64,000 nt of DNA. Source: a phage. A model generated the notes under the pieces. That model was not told the DNA's origin and did no database searches. It saw only the letters and a program-made list of their open reading frames with translations. Positions within the stretch are counted from its first letter, which is position 1. Each line of letters starts with the position of its first letter. The stretch lies in sequence record PZ452594.1; one strand, given 5' to 3'. The translations under genes were made by a program, and so were the position numbers. Below, one piece after another: positions 34,903-45,326 of the stretch.

Positions 34903-35043
34903 TTACCATACTAGTGAATGTAGTGCCATAATAACATCAGAAATGAAAAGCACGACTTGAATTAATCCGAACATTACTCCATAATATAGTGCTATTAATA
35001 AAATAGCAAGGGCTAATGAATAGCCCAAGATTTTCTTAATCAT
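34903..35043 (-). CDS. small hydrophobic protein, 46 aa (52.1-like; below track cutoff)
   Basis: ATG overlaps the stop of the next ORF; sequence MIKKILGYSLALAILLIALYYGVMFG... Confidence 0.4.
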   Translation of the reverse strand: MIKKILGYSLALAILLIALYYGVMFGLIQVVLFISDVIMALHSLVW

Positions 35044-35191
35044 TAGATAACAACACAAATGTTAAATATGCACACATACCCTGAGCTAAAGCTTGCGAAA
35101 ACACACTGCTGGCATCAATACAGATAGTTAAAACACATGCTACTATCCAACAAATAAATGAAATAACTCCTAATAATTTTGCAATATTCAT
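35036..35191 (-). CDS. ac: small membrane protein, 51 aa (ac-like; below track cutoff)
   Basis: SD GAGGAAAATA before ATG; 51 aa hydrophobic (MNIAKLLGVISFICWIVACVL...). Confidence 0.5.
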   Translation of the reverse strand: MNIAKLLGVISFICWIVACVLTICIDASSVFSQALAQGMCAYLTFVLLSND

Positions 35192-35198
35192 ATTTTCC

Positions 35199-35279
35199 TC
35201 ACTGGCGTCCGAAGACGCCTTTAGTTTTAAAATTATTACGATAGAACTGCATCACATGTTCGTTATGGAAATTACTCAT
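35199..35279 (-). CDS. stp: Stp peptide, 26 aa (below track cutoff)
   Basis: [29 protein letters not shown]; ATG overlaps ndd stop; matches T4 Stp by recall. Confidence 0.8.
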   Translation of the reverse strand: MSNFHNEHVMQFYRNNFKTKGVFGRQ

Positions 35280-35737
35280 TAATATGCCTGCAAAACAAAT
35301 TTAAAGTTATCAGCCAACATACGGTTCATTTCTTCAAGTGTTTGATACTCAGAATGATGATTACGAGTAAACGCCAAAGCTAACTGACCTTTACCAAATC
35401 CTGTCGTCAGAGGTTTCATCTTAGAAGCAGGCAGATAAAATACTGTGTATGGAACATTGTTATTTGCAATAGTACGTGCAAGCTGAGACCGACGTTGACG
35501 AATATGACTTAGAACTGCACTGAATCCTTGCTTAGAACGCTGATTACCTACATAAAATCGTGCAGACACACATGGATTACTAAATGGACGACCATCTAAT
35601 TTACTTACTAAAAAGTAAAATCCAGGTTTAGATAAAATATCTTTATGCGGAGTTCCCAAAAACCATTCACCACCCTTGATTGTACCAATAACGGTAGCGC
35701 CCGCATTATTCAGATCAGTAACAGTCATGTATTTCAT
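35279..35737 (-). CDS. ndd: Ndd nucleoid disruption protein
   Basis: 152 aa from internal ATG with SD GAGGAAATTAAT. Confidence 0.85.
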   Translation of the reverse strand: MKYMTVTDLNNAGATVIGTIKGGEWFLGTPHKDILSKPGFYFLVSKLDGRPFSNPCVSARFYVGNQRSKQGFSAVLSHIRQRRSQLARTIANNNVPYTVFYLPASKMKPLTTGFGKGQLALAFTRNHHSEYQTLEEMNRMLADNFKFVLQAY

Positions 35738-35797
35738 ATTAATTTCCTCTAAATTATTTTCTACTCCAAGGCCGCATGAATACACACGGCCATTAAA

Positions 35798-36013
35798 TTA
35801 ATCGTCGCAGTCGACGCTCAATTCCCAAAACTCTTCTACGGTATAAGTTTCAGTATCATTTTCAATACAGAAACGTTCATTACTATTGTTTGCTAAAGTA
35901 GCGTTAACTGTCATTTTCTCGCTGGTGCTCTTAAGAGGTGAAATACGAATTAACTGATCGCCGTTATCTAAACAAAAAATTTCACCAACTTTTACATCTT
36001 TAAAGATTTTCAT
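35798..36013 (-). CDS. hypothetical protein (ndd.1-like)
   Basis: 71-aa ORF. Confidence 0.45.
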   Translation of the reverse strand: MKIFKDVKVGEIFCLDNGDQLIRISPLKSTSEKMTVNATLANNSNERFCIENDTETYTVEEFWELSVDCDD

Positions 36014-36128
36014 AATTCACCTCAAGGAGTATAAAATCCAAACGCAGTTGTTGACCATCCCATCCAATACGGGAAATTTGCGCCAATGTAAAACATAAGA
36101 ATATAAAACCAACCGCTCAGCAAATTCA

Positions 36129-36347
36129 TCATTTTACACCATTCCAAATTGTTTCAATCACGGATTTTAAACCATTTTGATGAATATCAATTCCGACAAC
36201 TGCCATCAAATAGATTCCAACTACAACTGAACCCAAGGCGAAAATCAGCATGAAAATGAATAAAGCCGGAAAAATATTATCGAAAAACCATTCAATAAAT
36301 GTAAAAGCACTGCGTTTACGCTTCATATTTTCCTCACATAAATCCAA
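36129..36347 (-). CDS. small membrane protein
   Basis: 72 aa with two hydrophobic segments. Confidence 0.5.
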   Translation of the reverse strand: MDLCEENMKRKRSAFTFIEWFFDNIFPALFIFMLIFALGSVVVGIYLMAVVGIDIHQNGLKSVIETIWNGVK

Positions 36348-36447
36348 AGTAAACGTTTAATACATCAATCATTAAAACGATTGGGAATATACTCAAAACT
36401 ATTAGTATTATAACTACATTCCATATAGCTTTAACAATCTTTTTCAT
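36334..36447 (-). CDS. small membrane peptide, 37 aa
   Basis: Internal ATG with SD GGAGGAACAGAAA; track extension lies in the promoter. Confidence 0.45.
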   Translation of the reverse strand: MKKIVKAIWNVVIILIVLSIFPIVLMIDVLNVYFGFM

Positions 36448-36475
36448 TTTCTGTTCCTCCGTAGTTGATAGGGTA

Positions 36476-36505
36476 ATAGTACTACGGAGGAACAGTCTTG
36501 TAAAC
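36476..36505 (-). promoter_or_regulatory. T4-type early promoter (GTTTAC-18-TACTAT)
   Basis: GTTTAC 36500-36505, -10 36476-36481; 14-bp inverted repeat CTGTTCCTCCGTAG / CTACGGAGGAACAG flanks the -10. Confidence 0.55.
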
Positions 36506-36754
36506 AACTTTTTTAAAAATATTCGTAATAAATGTGAATACCAATCACTACTGCCGAAACCTGTGCAACCCACCACGCACAAGCAATAAGTACAGAATTC
36601 AAAATTTTCATAATAACCTCATCACAAAAGTAAATGTTAAACAAATTACTGGAATACTAATTAACCAAACAAAACACCACCATAATGAACTCATAGTTCA
36701 ATCTCAGCGATTTTCATTTTATTCTCCAAATCTGTATCAGTAGTTGATAGTTGT

Positions 36755-36784
36755 ATAGTACCACGGTCCTTGTGGTATGTAAAC
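36755..36784 (-). promoter_or_regulatory. T4-type early promoter (GTTTAC-18-TACTAT)
   Basis: GTTTAC 36779-36784, -10 36755-36760; conserved box as at 33339 and 62983. Confidence 0.6.
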
Positions 36785-36799
36785 CATTTTGTGAAATTT

Positions 36800-37357
36800 T
36801 TAAATGGAAAGATACCATCCGTTGTAGTTGCTTTTTCTTACAACCTTACGAAGGTCTTCTCTGTCACCGATGAACTTCGGAGTGTACTGGATGACACCTG
36901 GATGAATTTCTTTAGTGTTGAATATAATTATACAGTCAGCGACTTGATGATTCAGAATGGGCCCTAGATTTATTCCAGAACCGTATGGATACTCTCCGCT
37001 GCATCCGGTTGTTACCGAAATCCATCGTGAGTCAGTTTGATGTGTTTTGACTTCTACACGAAGCCCACAGTATTTTGGATGCGCCAATACATCCCATGCA
37101 TATGTATATGGGTCATTAACATCCTCTTGGCCTTTGTTAACATACCCGCTTAGCCAATCTGCTACAAAAAATTCTGCGTACACAGCGATACGACATCTTT
37201 CAATAACTTCTGCTTTATCCTGGTTCGGGTTTTGTTTTAAAGAGTATCTTGCTGTATCAGCAATTTTGGCCTTCATTTCACTAGTCAAGTCACTGTTCGA
37301 TAGGGTAAATGTCGGAATCTGAAATAGTCTCTGCAAACCCGGATTCGTTTTCTGCAT
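36800..37357 (-). CDS. denB: endonuclease IV
   Basis: 185-aa ORF; length and position as T4 DenB. Confidence 0.8.
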   Translation of the reverse strand: MQKTNPGLQRLFQIPTFTLSNSDLTSEMKAKIADTARYSLKQNPNQDKAEVIERCRIAVYAEFFVADWLSGYVNKGQEDVNDPYTYAWDVLAHPKYCGLRVEVKTHQTDSRWISVTTGCSGEYPYGSGINLGPILNHQVADCIIIFNTKEIHPGVIQYTPKFIGDREDLRKVVRKSNYNGWYLSI

Positions 37358-37420
37358 TTAAACTTTCCTTTATGTCGGAATCATAATTTCCCTTAAAACA
37401 AAAGGGCCGAAGCCCTTATT

Positions 37421-37615
37421 TTATTTGAATTGTGCAATTCTTTTTTCTAAACAATCTGCGTAAGATTTCATTGAGATGAACTGTGAAAGCAACAGTTCTT
37501 GCTCAACTGCACTAACCGTTAGAAACTTTGCGCTTTCTAAAAATTTGCTAAGTGCATTAATTTTGAGCATTAATTGATCGTATTCTTCTTTTACTCGTGC
37601 TTGATAACCTAACAT
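37421..37615 (-). CDS. hypothetical protein (rIIB.1-like)
   Basis: 64-aa ORF flanked by GGGC-CGAA-GCCC hairpins. Confidence 0.5.
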   Translation of the reverse strand: MLGYQARVKEEYDQLMLKINALSKFLESAKFLTVSAVEQELLLSQFISMKSYADCLEKRIAQFK

Positions 37616-37643
37616 AATTTTCCTTAGTTAAGGGCCGAAGCCC

Positions 37644-38582
37644 TTATTTAAATTGTTCAGTAACGTCTTCAACTACTTCGTATTGGCAGGTACGCATTTT
37701 AGCATCGTTGTAATCAATCGGAATTGATACTACATCACGCGGATGTACTTTAACTTTTACGACTCGGATGGTTGAACTGCCAAAGTGACGAATATAAGAT
37801 TTAGAACATACATGCAGACCACGAGAACAAGTTTGTGTATCATCGTCATTCACACGAGTACGTGGCATTTTAACTACTTTACCCGGACTGTTATCAAAGG
37901 TGTTTGAGTGACAGTCAAAGTAATTGCTGCGAACTACTTTCCAAGCATAGAAGTAACCATCTTCTGTAATTTCAATATCGTTTGCTACCAAGAAATCAAA
38001 GAGTCGAGATACTGCTTTTTGGCTCGGGTTTTCCAACAGATTTTCCAAGAACGGAAAATAAAATTCAAAGTTTTCGCCTTTTTCCATCGAATCGAGAATA
38101 CGATCAACTAAACCAGACCGCAATTCAATATTTTGATAGAACAAGCTTCCACCTTCAATTCGAACATCACCGGAAATATATTTTTCAACAGCGCGTCGAA
38201 CATTAATTTTTTGTGCAGCTTCTTCTAATTTATCTGCAACAAGCAGATTAAGAATTTCCTGGAAATTTGAATGAGTATTAGGGGTTGCGTTATAAGTTAC
38301 ACCATCAACAGTAATTGAAATGAATTTTTTAGATGCATTCCAAATAATGTCAGATTTAGCAACTGGAGCAATAACTGCATCGCTATTAACTTTAACTGTA
38401 ATATCACCGCTAATAGTAACTTTAGGGTGTTTAGCTTCTTCAGCATTTTTCAAAACACGACGGATTGTGTCAACCGATACACCTTGCCAATCAGCCAATT
38501 CCTGCTGAGTGTAATTACCACTTGAATACAGTTTAACAATTTCAGCTTGTTCGTTTTTGGTCAGGCATTTAATATTGTACAT
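37644..38582 (-). CDS. rIIB: rIIB protein
   Basis: 312-aa ORF directly downstream of rIIA. Confidence 0.9.
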   Translation of the reverse strand: MYNIKCLTKNEQAEIVKLYSSGNYTQQELADWQGVSVDTIRRVLKNAEEAKHPKVTISGDITVKVNSDAVIAPVAKSDIIWNASKKFISITVDGVTYNATPNTHSNFQEILNLLVADKLEEAAQKINVRRAVEKYISGDVRIEGGSLFYQNIELRSGLVDRILDSMEKGENFEFYFPFLENLLENPSQKAVSRLFDFLVANDIEITEDGYFYAWKVVRSNYFDCHSNTFDNSPGKVVKMPRTRVNDDDTQTCSRGLHVCSKSYIRHFGSSTIRVVKVKVHPRDVVSIPIDYNDAKMRTCQYEVVEDVTEQFK

Positions 38583-38593
38583 AATTTTCCTTA

Positions 38594-40771
38594 TTAGGCC
38601 GCAAGGGCCTTCATAGTTTTGGCGATTTGGGAAACTTCATCATCACTTAAAGAGTTGCGATATCCGATGAAGTCGGAAACAATACGGAATTTCTTGGTAA
38701 ACTCAGCAACCATTTTATCACTGTTTTTTGAAGCATTATTTGATAATACATCAAAAAGATTAGTTACTGTCCAGATGTCATGACCGATGGTATCTTTTCC
38801 ACCATTGAAATATACGCCCCGTAATGAACTAACTATATTAGCGAGTCGTGTATATTCTTCAGAAACATCATCTGTACTGAAATACTTCATCATAAAATCT
38901 AGTTCAGGATATTTAATAATTTTATCAATATATCGTTGAGCTGAACTTGAATAACCTACATACTTATCATAATCTACATCATCAAAAGCATCTACATATA
39001 AATCACGCAAAGCTTCAAAAATACATTGGCACTGACCGAGTTCTTTTACCTTTTTCTGTAAAAGCGGACGAATAACATAAAATTCATTAATGCCAATAAG
39101 ATTAGCCATACGAATCAAAATATTCATAGATGGATGACAAAGAGATGTAGTACCATCCATAGAGAAAATATCAGAACGATGCATATACGCTACATAACCA
39201 GTAATTTCATCTGCTTCTGATGTGAGCGTAAATAATTCCTCTTTTTCCCAACGCCCATCTTTAATTTCAAACTTAAACGCTGTAGCAGCTTTAGGACGAG
39301 GAGCTTTACTTTTAACTACCTTTGGAATATAACTTTTTACTAAAGCTTCAATTTCTGACAAATAATGAATGTTAACTTCATCACTTTCAAACATCGCCAT
39401 AATATCAGGGAGTAAATCAATCTGCGATTCTACTTCTGGGTTAATAAACAGAAGGCGTTCGTTATGATGAATATTTAAAGTGTTATTAAATTCACTATCA
39501 TCTAACGCATGTGCTAATCCACGGACAATATTAACACGATTTTTAATATTATCAATAACGATATTAATTTTTGTTGTATTAATACCAAACAGACGATAAC
39601 TTGATGCAACGGCTGAAGTTTCATGACTTTGCTTAATGCGCTTCAGTCGAGGGTCAAGATTTACTTCATACACAACTCCTGCATTGCATAACTTACTATC
39701 AGGTTCAAACATGCTTTGCATCTTCTTATATGACAGATTTTTAGTCGTAAATTTGACTGAATTACTAATCATATAATCTCGAGCAGAATACCCCATCTTC
39801 ATCAATTCACGATATGTATGACGGGGAGATGTGGATTCTTTAAATCGTTTTACATCTTCATTAAATGCTTTCTCACTGAGTTCTTTAACTCGTTCAATAA
39901 TATTTTTACGAGTACGATCATCCAGTGAAAGAGCCTCGCGAGATGGAGCAATATCAAGTGAACCCATTGGAAACTTAATGTAATTCACTTCATTGCGAAT
40001 GCTTAGCCAGTTACGGTCTCTAATAACACCATCGATAGGATAAACAATACCGCCATAGATAGCATATAATCCACCACGATCAGGCCAGTATCTTTCTGGA
40101 TTTACACCATAATAATCATCAAAATCCGGAAAATAATCAATTTCACGGTCAAGACCATTAATGATAGCCAAATCTTTGAACGGTCGCATGATATAAGAAA
40201 CTTCATAAGCAAAGTTTCTAAAGTCTTTTTCTTCAACTGGAACTACGATTTCAATACCAGTTTTATCATCTGGACCCATTTCTTTTACGAATGTAGGTTT
40301 AATCTGTGGACCATCACCATCCATGTAAGCTACATAACCACGAATTTCACCTTTATGATACGAAGTAATACTAAACGTATCAGTATAACTAAATGGAGAT
40401 TTAGAACCTAAACCAAATCCGCCAATAAAGTCATTAGATTCGGCTTTCGATGAACTGAAGTATGAATTATACAACCCAGGAGAATTATCATCACCTTGAA
40501 TATCAAAATCACTCATACCCGGACCAAAATCTCGACAAACAAATCGTGGATCTAATCGTCCTGGAACTTGAATGATAAATTTTTCAGGATTTCCATTGAG
40601 AGCATGGGCATCAATCATGTTGGTAATCAATTCACGGACTACTGCGCGAATCTTGTTTGTATACAAATCAGATGACAGAATTTTAAATACTTTAGGATTT
40701 GCTGCGATGCTAAATGCTTTTGATTTAGCACCATTACCAAGAATTGTTTCTTTTTCAGTGGTGATAATCAT
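38594..40771 (-). CDS. rIIA: rIIA protein
   Basis: 725-aa ORF; matches T4 rIIA in length and N-terminal sequence by recall. Confidence 0.92.
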   Translation of the reverse strand: MIITTEKETILGNGAKSKAFSIAANPKVFKILSSDLYTNKIRAVVRELITNMIDAHALNGNPEKFIIQVPGRLDPRFVCRDFGPGMSDFDIQGDDNSPGLYNSYFSSSKAESNDFIGGFGLGSKSPFSYTDTFSITSYHKGEIRGYVAYMDGDGPQIKPTFVKEMGPDDKTGIEIVVPVEEKDFRNFAYEVSYIMRPFKDLAIINGLDREIDYFPDFDDYYGVNPERYWPDRGGLYAIYGGIVYPIDGVIRDRNWLSIRNEVNYIKFPMGSLDIAPSREALSLDDRTRKNIIERVKELSEKAFNEDVKRFKESTSPRHTYRELMKMGYSARDYMISNSVKFTTKNLSYKKMQSMFEPDSKLCNAGVVYEVNLDPRLKRIKQSHETSAVASSYRLFGINTTKINIVIDNIKNRVNIVRGLAHALDDSEFNNTLNIHHNERLLFINPEVESQIDLLPDIMAMFESDEVNIHYLSEIEALVKSYIPKVVKSKAPRPKAATAFKFEIKDGRWEKEELFTLTSEADEITGYVAYMHRSDIFSMDGTTSLCHPSMNILIRMANLIGINEFYVIRPLLQKKVKELGQCQCIFEALRDLYVDAFDDVDYDKYVGYSSSAQRYIDKIIKYPELDFMMKYFSTDDVSEEYTRLANIVSSLRGVYFNGGKDTIGHDIWTVTNLFDVLSNNASKNSDKMVAEFTKKFRIVSDFIGYRNSLSDDEVSQIAKTMKALAA

Positions 40772-40781
40772 AATTTCCTCA

Positions 40782-40985
40782 TTAATTCATATTGCGTTTA
40801 ATAACTTCAGCAACTTCTAGTAGTTCATCTTTAGTTGCGGTGTCGGATTGAATTTTATCTCTAATATCCTTAAAGCGGTTTTTAAACTCTTCGGCTTCTC
40901 CCATATCGAAAAAGCGTTGAATGATTCTATATTCTCGATGAACTGCTTTATCAAAAAGTTCTAAATTTACTCTGTATGATTTCAT
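40782..40985 (-). CDS. hypothetical protein (rIIA.1-like)
   Basis: 67-aa ORF with SD GAGGATATTGAA. Confidence 0.5.
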   Translation of the reverse strand: MKSYRVNLELFDKAVHREYRIIQRFFDMGEAEEFKNRFKDIRDKIQSDTATKDELLEVAEVIKRNMN

Positions 40986-41010
40986 TTCAATATCCTCATT
41001 TGCCCAATTA

Positions 41011-41040
41011 ATTATACCACATCCTTGTGGTAAAGTAAAC
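41011..41040 (-). promoter_or_regulatory. T4-type early promoter (GTTTAC-18-TATAAT)
   Basis: GTTTAC 41035-41040 and TATAAT 41011-41016; spacer contains the inverted repeat CCACA...TGTGG. Confidence 0.6.
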
Positions 41041-42860
41041 TACTGGCTCATCCATTCTTTGCGAAGGTCAGCATTATCTCCCATGAGCATTTCAAAAAGC
41101 TCTTTCCAGTTCTCAGGAAGTTTAACAACATCATATACTGGGTTTTGAATCATCTCACGATATTCAGATTTTTCTAAAGAGCCAAGTCCCTTAATATAAC
41201 GGATGCTATGTTTAGGTAGAGCATCTTTAGCACTCTCATATTCAGCGACTGTATAAAACCATTCTTGTTTTTTACCGACCTGAGCGATGATTACAGGAGT
41301 TTTGACAAAGCGAATTCTTCCTTGTTCAAACAGTTCTGGCCAATTACTAAAAAATCCGAGCAGAGAAGGATAAATGCTTCCTAGACCATCATGGTCAGCA
41401 TCAGTCATAATAGCAATATTATGATAATTCAAGTTTTCAGCTTTTTCACCGAGAACTAGACCAGTGATTGCGCAAATATCAAATAGTTCTTTGTTTTTAA
41501 GCATATCTGCATAAGACATACCCCAACTGTTGAGAACTTTACCACGTAATGGATAACCACCATGAAGTTCTTTATCACGAACATCAATAAGATATCCGAT
41601 AGCAGAATCACCCTCAGTCAAGAAAAGAGTAGTGTCAGCATCTTTACCACAAAGATTCGCTTTGATATGTTTATGAACCTTAGCTTTAGAAGCCTTTTTA
41701 GCTGCTTTAGTTTCTGCTGCTTTTTCTGCCGCCAATTTACGAGCCAAAGCAGCTTCGATAATCGGCATTAGAATTGCTTCATTATTTAGAATAGCACGTG
41801 AAATCTTTTTAGCATCAAGCTGAATATGACTACGGATTTCACCAAATGGAGAAGTCAAACGCTCTTTAGTTTGAGAATCAAATCGCATGTTTTTCATATC
41901 ACGAACAAACATAACGATAGTCAAACATTCTTTGACACGCGCTTTAGTCACATCAATTTTGAACTTACGTTTGATTTGTGGAATAAGGTCTTCACAAATA
42001 TCATCCATAACACAGTCAATGTGATGGCCACCATTCTTAGTGTGGATGTTATTCACATAAGTTAATTGACGAAATCCATCCGGTGAACGACCAACCGCAA
42101 TAGAACAATTTTCTTGTTCTTGAACGATAGCATGCTCATCATATTGGCGTGCATATTTCTTAAAATTGCCCTGAACCTTTTTACCATTAAAGGTAAATTG
42201 AATATCAGGATAAACAACAGCAAGTGTCTGGAGACGATCTAGTGTAATGTCAAGATAAACTTGGGACAGCTCATTAGTTTCAAATGACATAAAATCAGGA
42301 ATGAAAGTAACACGAGTTCCTTTCCATTTTCCTGGAATAGTTTCCCATGATTTATTTTCCATGCCATTTGAACAACGAACTACAATATTATTTTGACCAT
42401 CGCCAGTTTCACCGACAAACATCACAGAAAAAATGTTAGTTAAACTAGAACCAACACCATTCATACCACCGGTGACACGTTCTTTATCATCACCAAAGTT
42501 ACCACCCGCTTTTGGAATAGTCCAAGCAGCAACTGGACCAGGAATTTCTTCACCGGTAGGTGTTTTAACCATCGCTTGTGGAATACCACGACCGTTATCT
42601 TCAACTGTTACTTGATTGTTTTTGATGGTAACATTAATTTTATTCGCGAATTTAAACTTAGTACGAATACCTTCATCTACTGAGTTATCGATAATTTCAT
42701 CAATAAGCTTAACAAGACCAGGTACATACTGAACACTTTCCCATTTACCAAACAGAAAGCGCTCATGCATTTCATTAGCAGAAGAGCCAATGTACATGCC
42801 ACTACGCTTTTTGATATGTTCAATATCGCTCAGAATTTTAATTTCATTCTTAATCATCAC
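41040..42860 (-). CDS. 39: topoisomerase II large subunit (GyrB-like), single unsplit ORF
   Basis: 606-aa continuous ORF; GHKL ATPase N-terminus and TOPRIM-like region (LTEGDSA). Confidence 0.92.
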   Translation of the reverse strand: MMIKNEIKILSDIEHIKKRSGMYIGSSANEMHERFLFGKWESVQYVPGLVKLIDEIIDNSVDEGIRTKFKFANKINVTIKNNQVTVEDNGRGIPQAMVKTPTGEEIPGPVAAWTIPKAGGNFGDDKERVTGGMNGVGSSLTNIFSVMFVGETGDGQNNIVVRCSNGMENKSWETIPGKWKGTRVTFIPDFMSFETNELSQVYLDITLDRLQTLAVVYPDIQFTFNGKKVQGNFKKYARQYDEHAIVQEQENCSIAVGRSPDGFRQLTYVNNIHTKNGGHHIDCVMDDICEDLIPQIKRKFKIDVTKARVKECLTIVMFVRDMKNMRFDSQTKERLTSPFGEIRSHIQLDAKKISRAILNNEAILMPIIEAALARKLAAEKAAETKAAKKASKAKVHKHIKANLCGKDADTTLFLTEGDSAIGYLIDVRDKELHGGYPLRGKVLNSWGMSYADMLKNKELFDICAITGLVLGEKAENLNYHNIAIMTDADHDGLGSIYPSLLGFFSNWPELFEQGRIRFVKTPVIIAQVGKKQEWFYTVAEYESAKDALPKHSIRYIKGLGSLEKSEYREMIQNPVYDVVKLPENWKELFEMLMGDNADLRKEWMSQ

Positions 42861-42926
42861 TTATCCTCGTTTGGTTTCGGGAATATTATACTCCGGTAAT
42901 CATAAAGCTAAAGGCCCGAAGGCCTT

Positions 42927-43196
42927 TTATTTAAAACGGATAGTCGAATCCTTGAAGAATAGACCAGAACACACGGTTCCTTCTACTTTCTGCCCAGTAG
43001 GTCCAATAGCACGAAATCCAGTATGCTGGAAATCATTTTCAGAGCAACCGAACCAGTTATATCCAGTGATTTCAATATTCGTAAAACCACTTGAAGATAA
43101 AACTTTGGTTGCATTATCAGCATCAGTACATCCTGCTAAAGACACTGCTAATACTAATGCTGCGATAGAACGATTAACATATTTCATAATTTTCAC
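42927..43196 (-). CDS. putative lipoprotein
   Basis: 89 aa; signal peptide with lipobox LAGC. Confidence 0.5.
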   Translation of the reverse strand: MKIMKYVNRSIAALVLAVSLAGCTDADNATKVLSSSGFTNIEITGYNWFGCSENDFQHTGFRAIGPTGQKVEGTVCSGLFFKDSTIRFK

Positions 43197-43564
43197 TTAA
43201 ATTTAATGGCTTGAAGAAGACTAATAACTCTCAAGCGACTTCTTTCATCTTTAACTGTAAAAGAAAGAGGGTCACCAGATTTCATAGTAATGGTACATTC
43301 AAAATCAAAATCTTCTGTAACTTCTTCGAAGAAGTCAAATTCTTCATCATAAATTAGAACATTACTCTGACAACTATGAAGAATTTTTCCATCATTTCCA
43401 GATGCTGTACTAATCATTGTAACATTATGACCTTTCATATCTTCAACGATAAATTCACTAGTCAATATTACAGCATTAATAGAACTATTCCTATTACTAG
43501 CAGAAAGTAGATATTTCTGTTCTTCACCTTCACGAATGCAATATTTCTTACCGATTTTAAACAT
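43193..43564 (-). CDS. hypothetical protein
   Basis: 123-aa ORF. Confidence 0.5.
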   Translation of the reverse strand: MFKIGKKYCIREGEEQKYLLSASNRNSSINAVILTSEFIVEDMKGHNVTMISTASGNDGKILHSCQSNVLIYDEEFDFFEEVTEDFDFECTITMKSGDPLSFTVKDERSRLRVISLLQAIKFK

Positions 43565-43566
43565 AA

Positions 43567-43743
43567 TTACCCTTTAAGTAAGTCGTAAAAACCACCATTC
43601 ACATGCTTAGGAGCAGAAGGCCGACGAGTAGACAAACGATGACATTTAGGGCAAACATCATTTTCTCGTTCAGAAATCTTTTTAATTTTTTCATATTCAT
43701 GCCCGCAATCTTCGGATTGGCATTTATAATCATACATTGGCAT
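43567..43743 (-). CDS. zinc-ribbon protein, 58 aa (FmdB-like; below track cutoff)
   Basis: Hand-translated MPMYDYKCQSEDCGHEYEKIKKISERENDVCPKCHRLSTRRPSAPKHVNGGFYDLLKG; two CxxC-type pairs. Confidence 0.5.
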   Translation of the reverse strand: MPMYDYKCQSEDCGHEYEKIKKISERENDVCPKCHRLSTRRPSAPKHVNGGFYDLLKG

Positions 43744-43745
43744 AA

Positions 43746-44165
43746 TTATTCCTTAAAGTGTGCTTTCAACATCTGATACAAGGACCATGCCTGTTCATTA
43801 TTTTCAATAGTAACTTTCATGACTGGGAATTCTGTGAAATCTTCTATTTGTTCTTGCTCTTTCTCTTCCTGCTCTTCAGCTGCCTGGTATGGATTTTCAA
43901 CTTCATCAAAGAACCCAGCTTCGTTAGTAGAAAGCCAGATAAAGTTTTCGTCAAGGATATCACCATGTGTTGCATATCCAACTGTGCCAGTAGATGTCAC
44001 AATTTTAGTAGGACGACCAAGATGGTCAACATCTAAAATTTTAAAAGGATGCATACCTAAACGGCGTGCATAGATTCCGTTATCAGTATGGTCTTTAATA
44101 AAATTTTCTTGAGCTTGTTTATTTTTAAATTGATACCATTTATTAACTTCAAATTTAATAGCCAT
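43746..44165 (-). CDS. hypothetical protein (possibly goF-like by position and length)
   Basis: 139-aa ORF with acidic central region. Confidence 0.4.
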   Translation of the reverse strand: MAIKFEVNKWYQFKNKQAQENFIKDHTDNGIYARRLGMHPFKILDVDHLGRPTKIVTSTGTVGYATHGDILDENFIWLSTNEAGFFDEVENPYQAAEEQEEKEQEQIEDFTEFPVMKVTIENNEQAWSLYQMLKAHFKE

Positions 44166-44413
44166 TAATAAATTTCCTTCCAGTAAGTTGTGCCATCTTC
44201 AGTAATTTCACGAAATACACCGTAAATTGGTTGTTTATCACCAACCTTTTCATACACATAAACCGAAGTCAAGTGAGTAAACTTGATGGTGTGTTCCTTT
44301 TGAACTACTACCAAATCTGGATCGAATAATACATCTTCAAATTCGTCATTAGTGCAATTCTGAACAATTTTACGTTTCATTACAATTTCCTCATTAATTG
44401 AACAGTGGAGCAA
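44165..44413 (-). CDS. hypothetical protein
   Basis: 82-aa ORF. Confidence 0.45.
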   Translation of the reverse strand: MLHCSINEEIVMKRKIVQNCTNDEFEDVLFDPDLVVVQKEHTIKFTHLTSVYVYEKVGDKQPIYGVFREITEDGTTYWKEIY

Positions 44414-44675
44414 TGCGTTTCAGAAGAGTAGTAGCACCTTTGGCGAATTTTACATCATGAAAAACAGTTTCTTCTTCTGTAACAACTCGAACTTTAATAT
44501 TTTCACAATCCCAATTTTTACGAGCAATCTTCAAAAGCTGCAGTAAATCTTTACATTCAGCAATATCGATAACACATCCACGAGAATCTTCCATTATCGC
44601 ACGATAACCGTAAGCCATACCATAATCGTTGAAAGATTGCTCGATGATAATTAAGTTTTCCATTTTATTCTCCAA
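44394..44675 (-). CDS. hypothetical protein
   Basis: 93-aa ORF. Confidence 0.45.
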   Translation of the reverse strand: MENKMENLIIIEQSFNDYGMAYGYRAIMEDSRGCVIDIAECKDLLQLLKIARKNWDCENIKVRVVTEEETVFHDVKFAKGATTLLKRIAPLFN

Positions 44676-44760
44676 GTTGTTTTCTGTATCAGTAGTTGAT
44701 ATTGATATAGTACCATAATCAACTACTGATGTATATAGTTTTATGAAAAAATTTTAAACT

Positions 44761-45252
44761 TTATGCATAGCGAGCTTTGCTATAGTGTTTAATCCAACTT
44801 TCAGGAATGACTTTGTATGTTCCTAAAAATACCGCGTTGTATAACTTAACGCCATCTTCTACCCATTGATCAGTAATGTATGCACACATGGCGCGAGTAC
44901 GGTTAACAACCCCTTCCTCACCTTCAGTAAATTCAAACTCATAAGGAGCAACGAACTTAATAGCTTGACCGAGTTTCCACTTAAAGTCTACGCCTACATG
45001 CGAAGTATCAATCGTTTCAATTCCTTTAGCGGGAACAGCTTTCAAAAACGCAGGCTCAAGAAATTTCCATCGAACATAACCAAACTGAGGTTTAGACATT
45101 CCATCTTTAGGAATGATACGCACTTTTACTTCAGAATCTTCATCTTTAACACCATGTTTAAGCTGAATGCTTACGACTTCAACCAATTTTCCTGCTGCCT
45201 TAGAACGGGATTTATCAGATACACGAGCAATTTCACCGATATTAATATTCAT
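44761..45252 (-). CDS. motB: MotB-like protein
   Basis: 163-aa ORF; position and length as T4 MotB; C-terminal ITDQWVEDGVKLYNAV. Confidence 0.5.
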   Translation of the reverse strand: MNINIGEIARVSDKSRSKAAGKLVEVVSIQLKHGVKDEDSEVKVRIIPKDGMSKPQFGYVRWKFLEPAFLKAVPAKGIETIDTSHVGVDFKWKLGQAIKFVAPYEFEFTEGEEGVVNRTRAMCAYITDQWVEDGVKLYNAVFLGTYKVIPESWIKHYSKARYA

Positions 45253-45296
45253 AATTATCTCTCACTTGTTAAAAAGATTTTATACTCCGCAGGACC

Positions 45297-45326
45297 ATTA
45301 TACTCTGGTCCCAAGAGTTTGTAAAC
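45297..45326 (-). promoter_or_regulatory. T4-type early promoter (GTTTAC-18-TATAAT)
   Basis: GTTTAC 45321-45326, TATAAT 45297-45302; inverted repeat GGACCA...TGGTCC around the -10. Confidence 0.6.
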
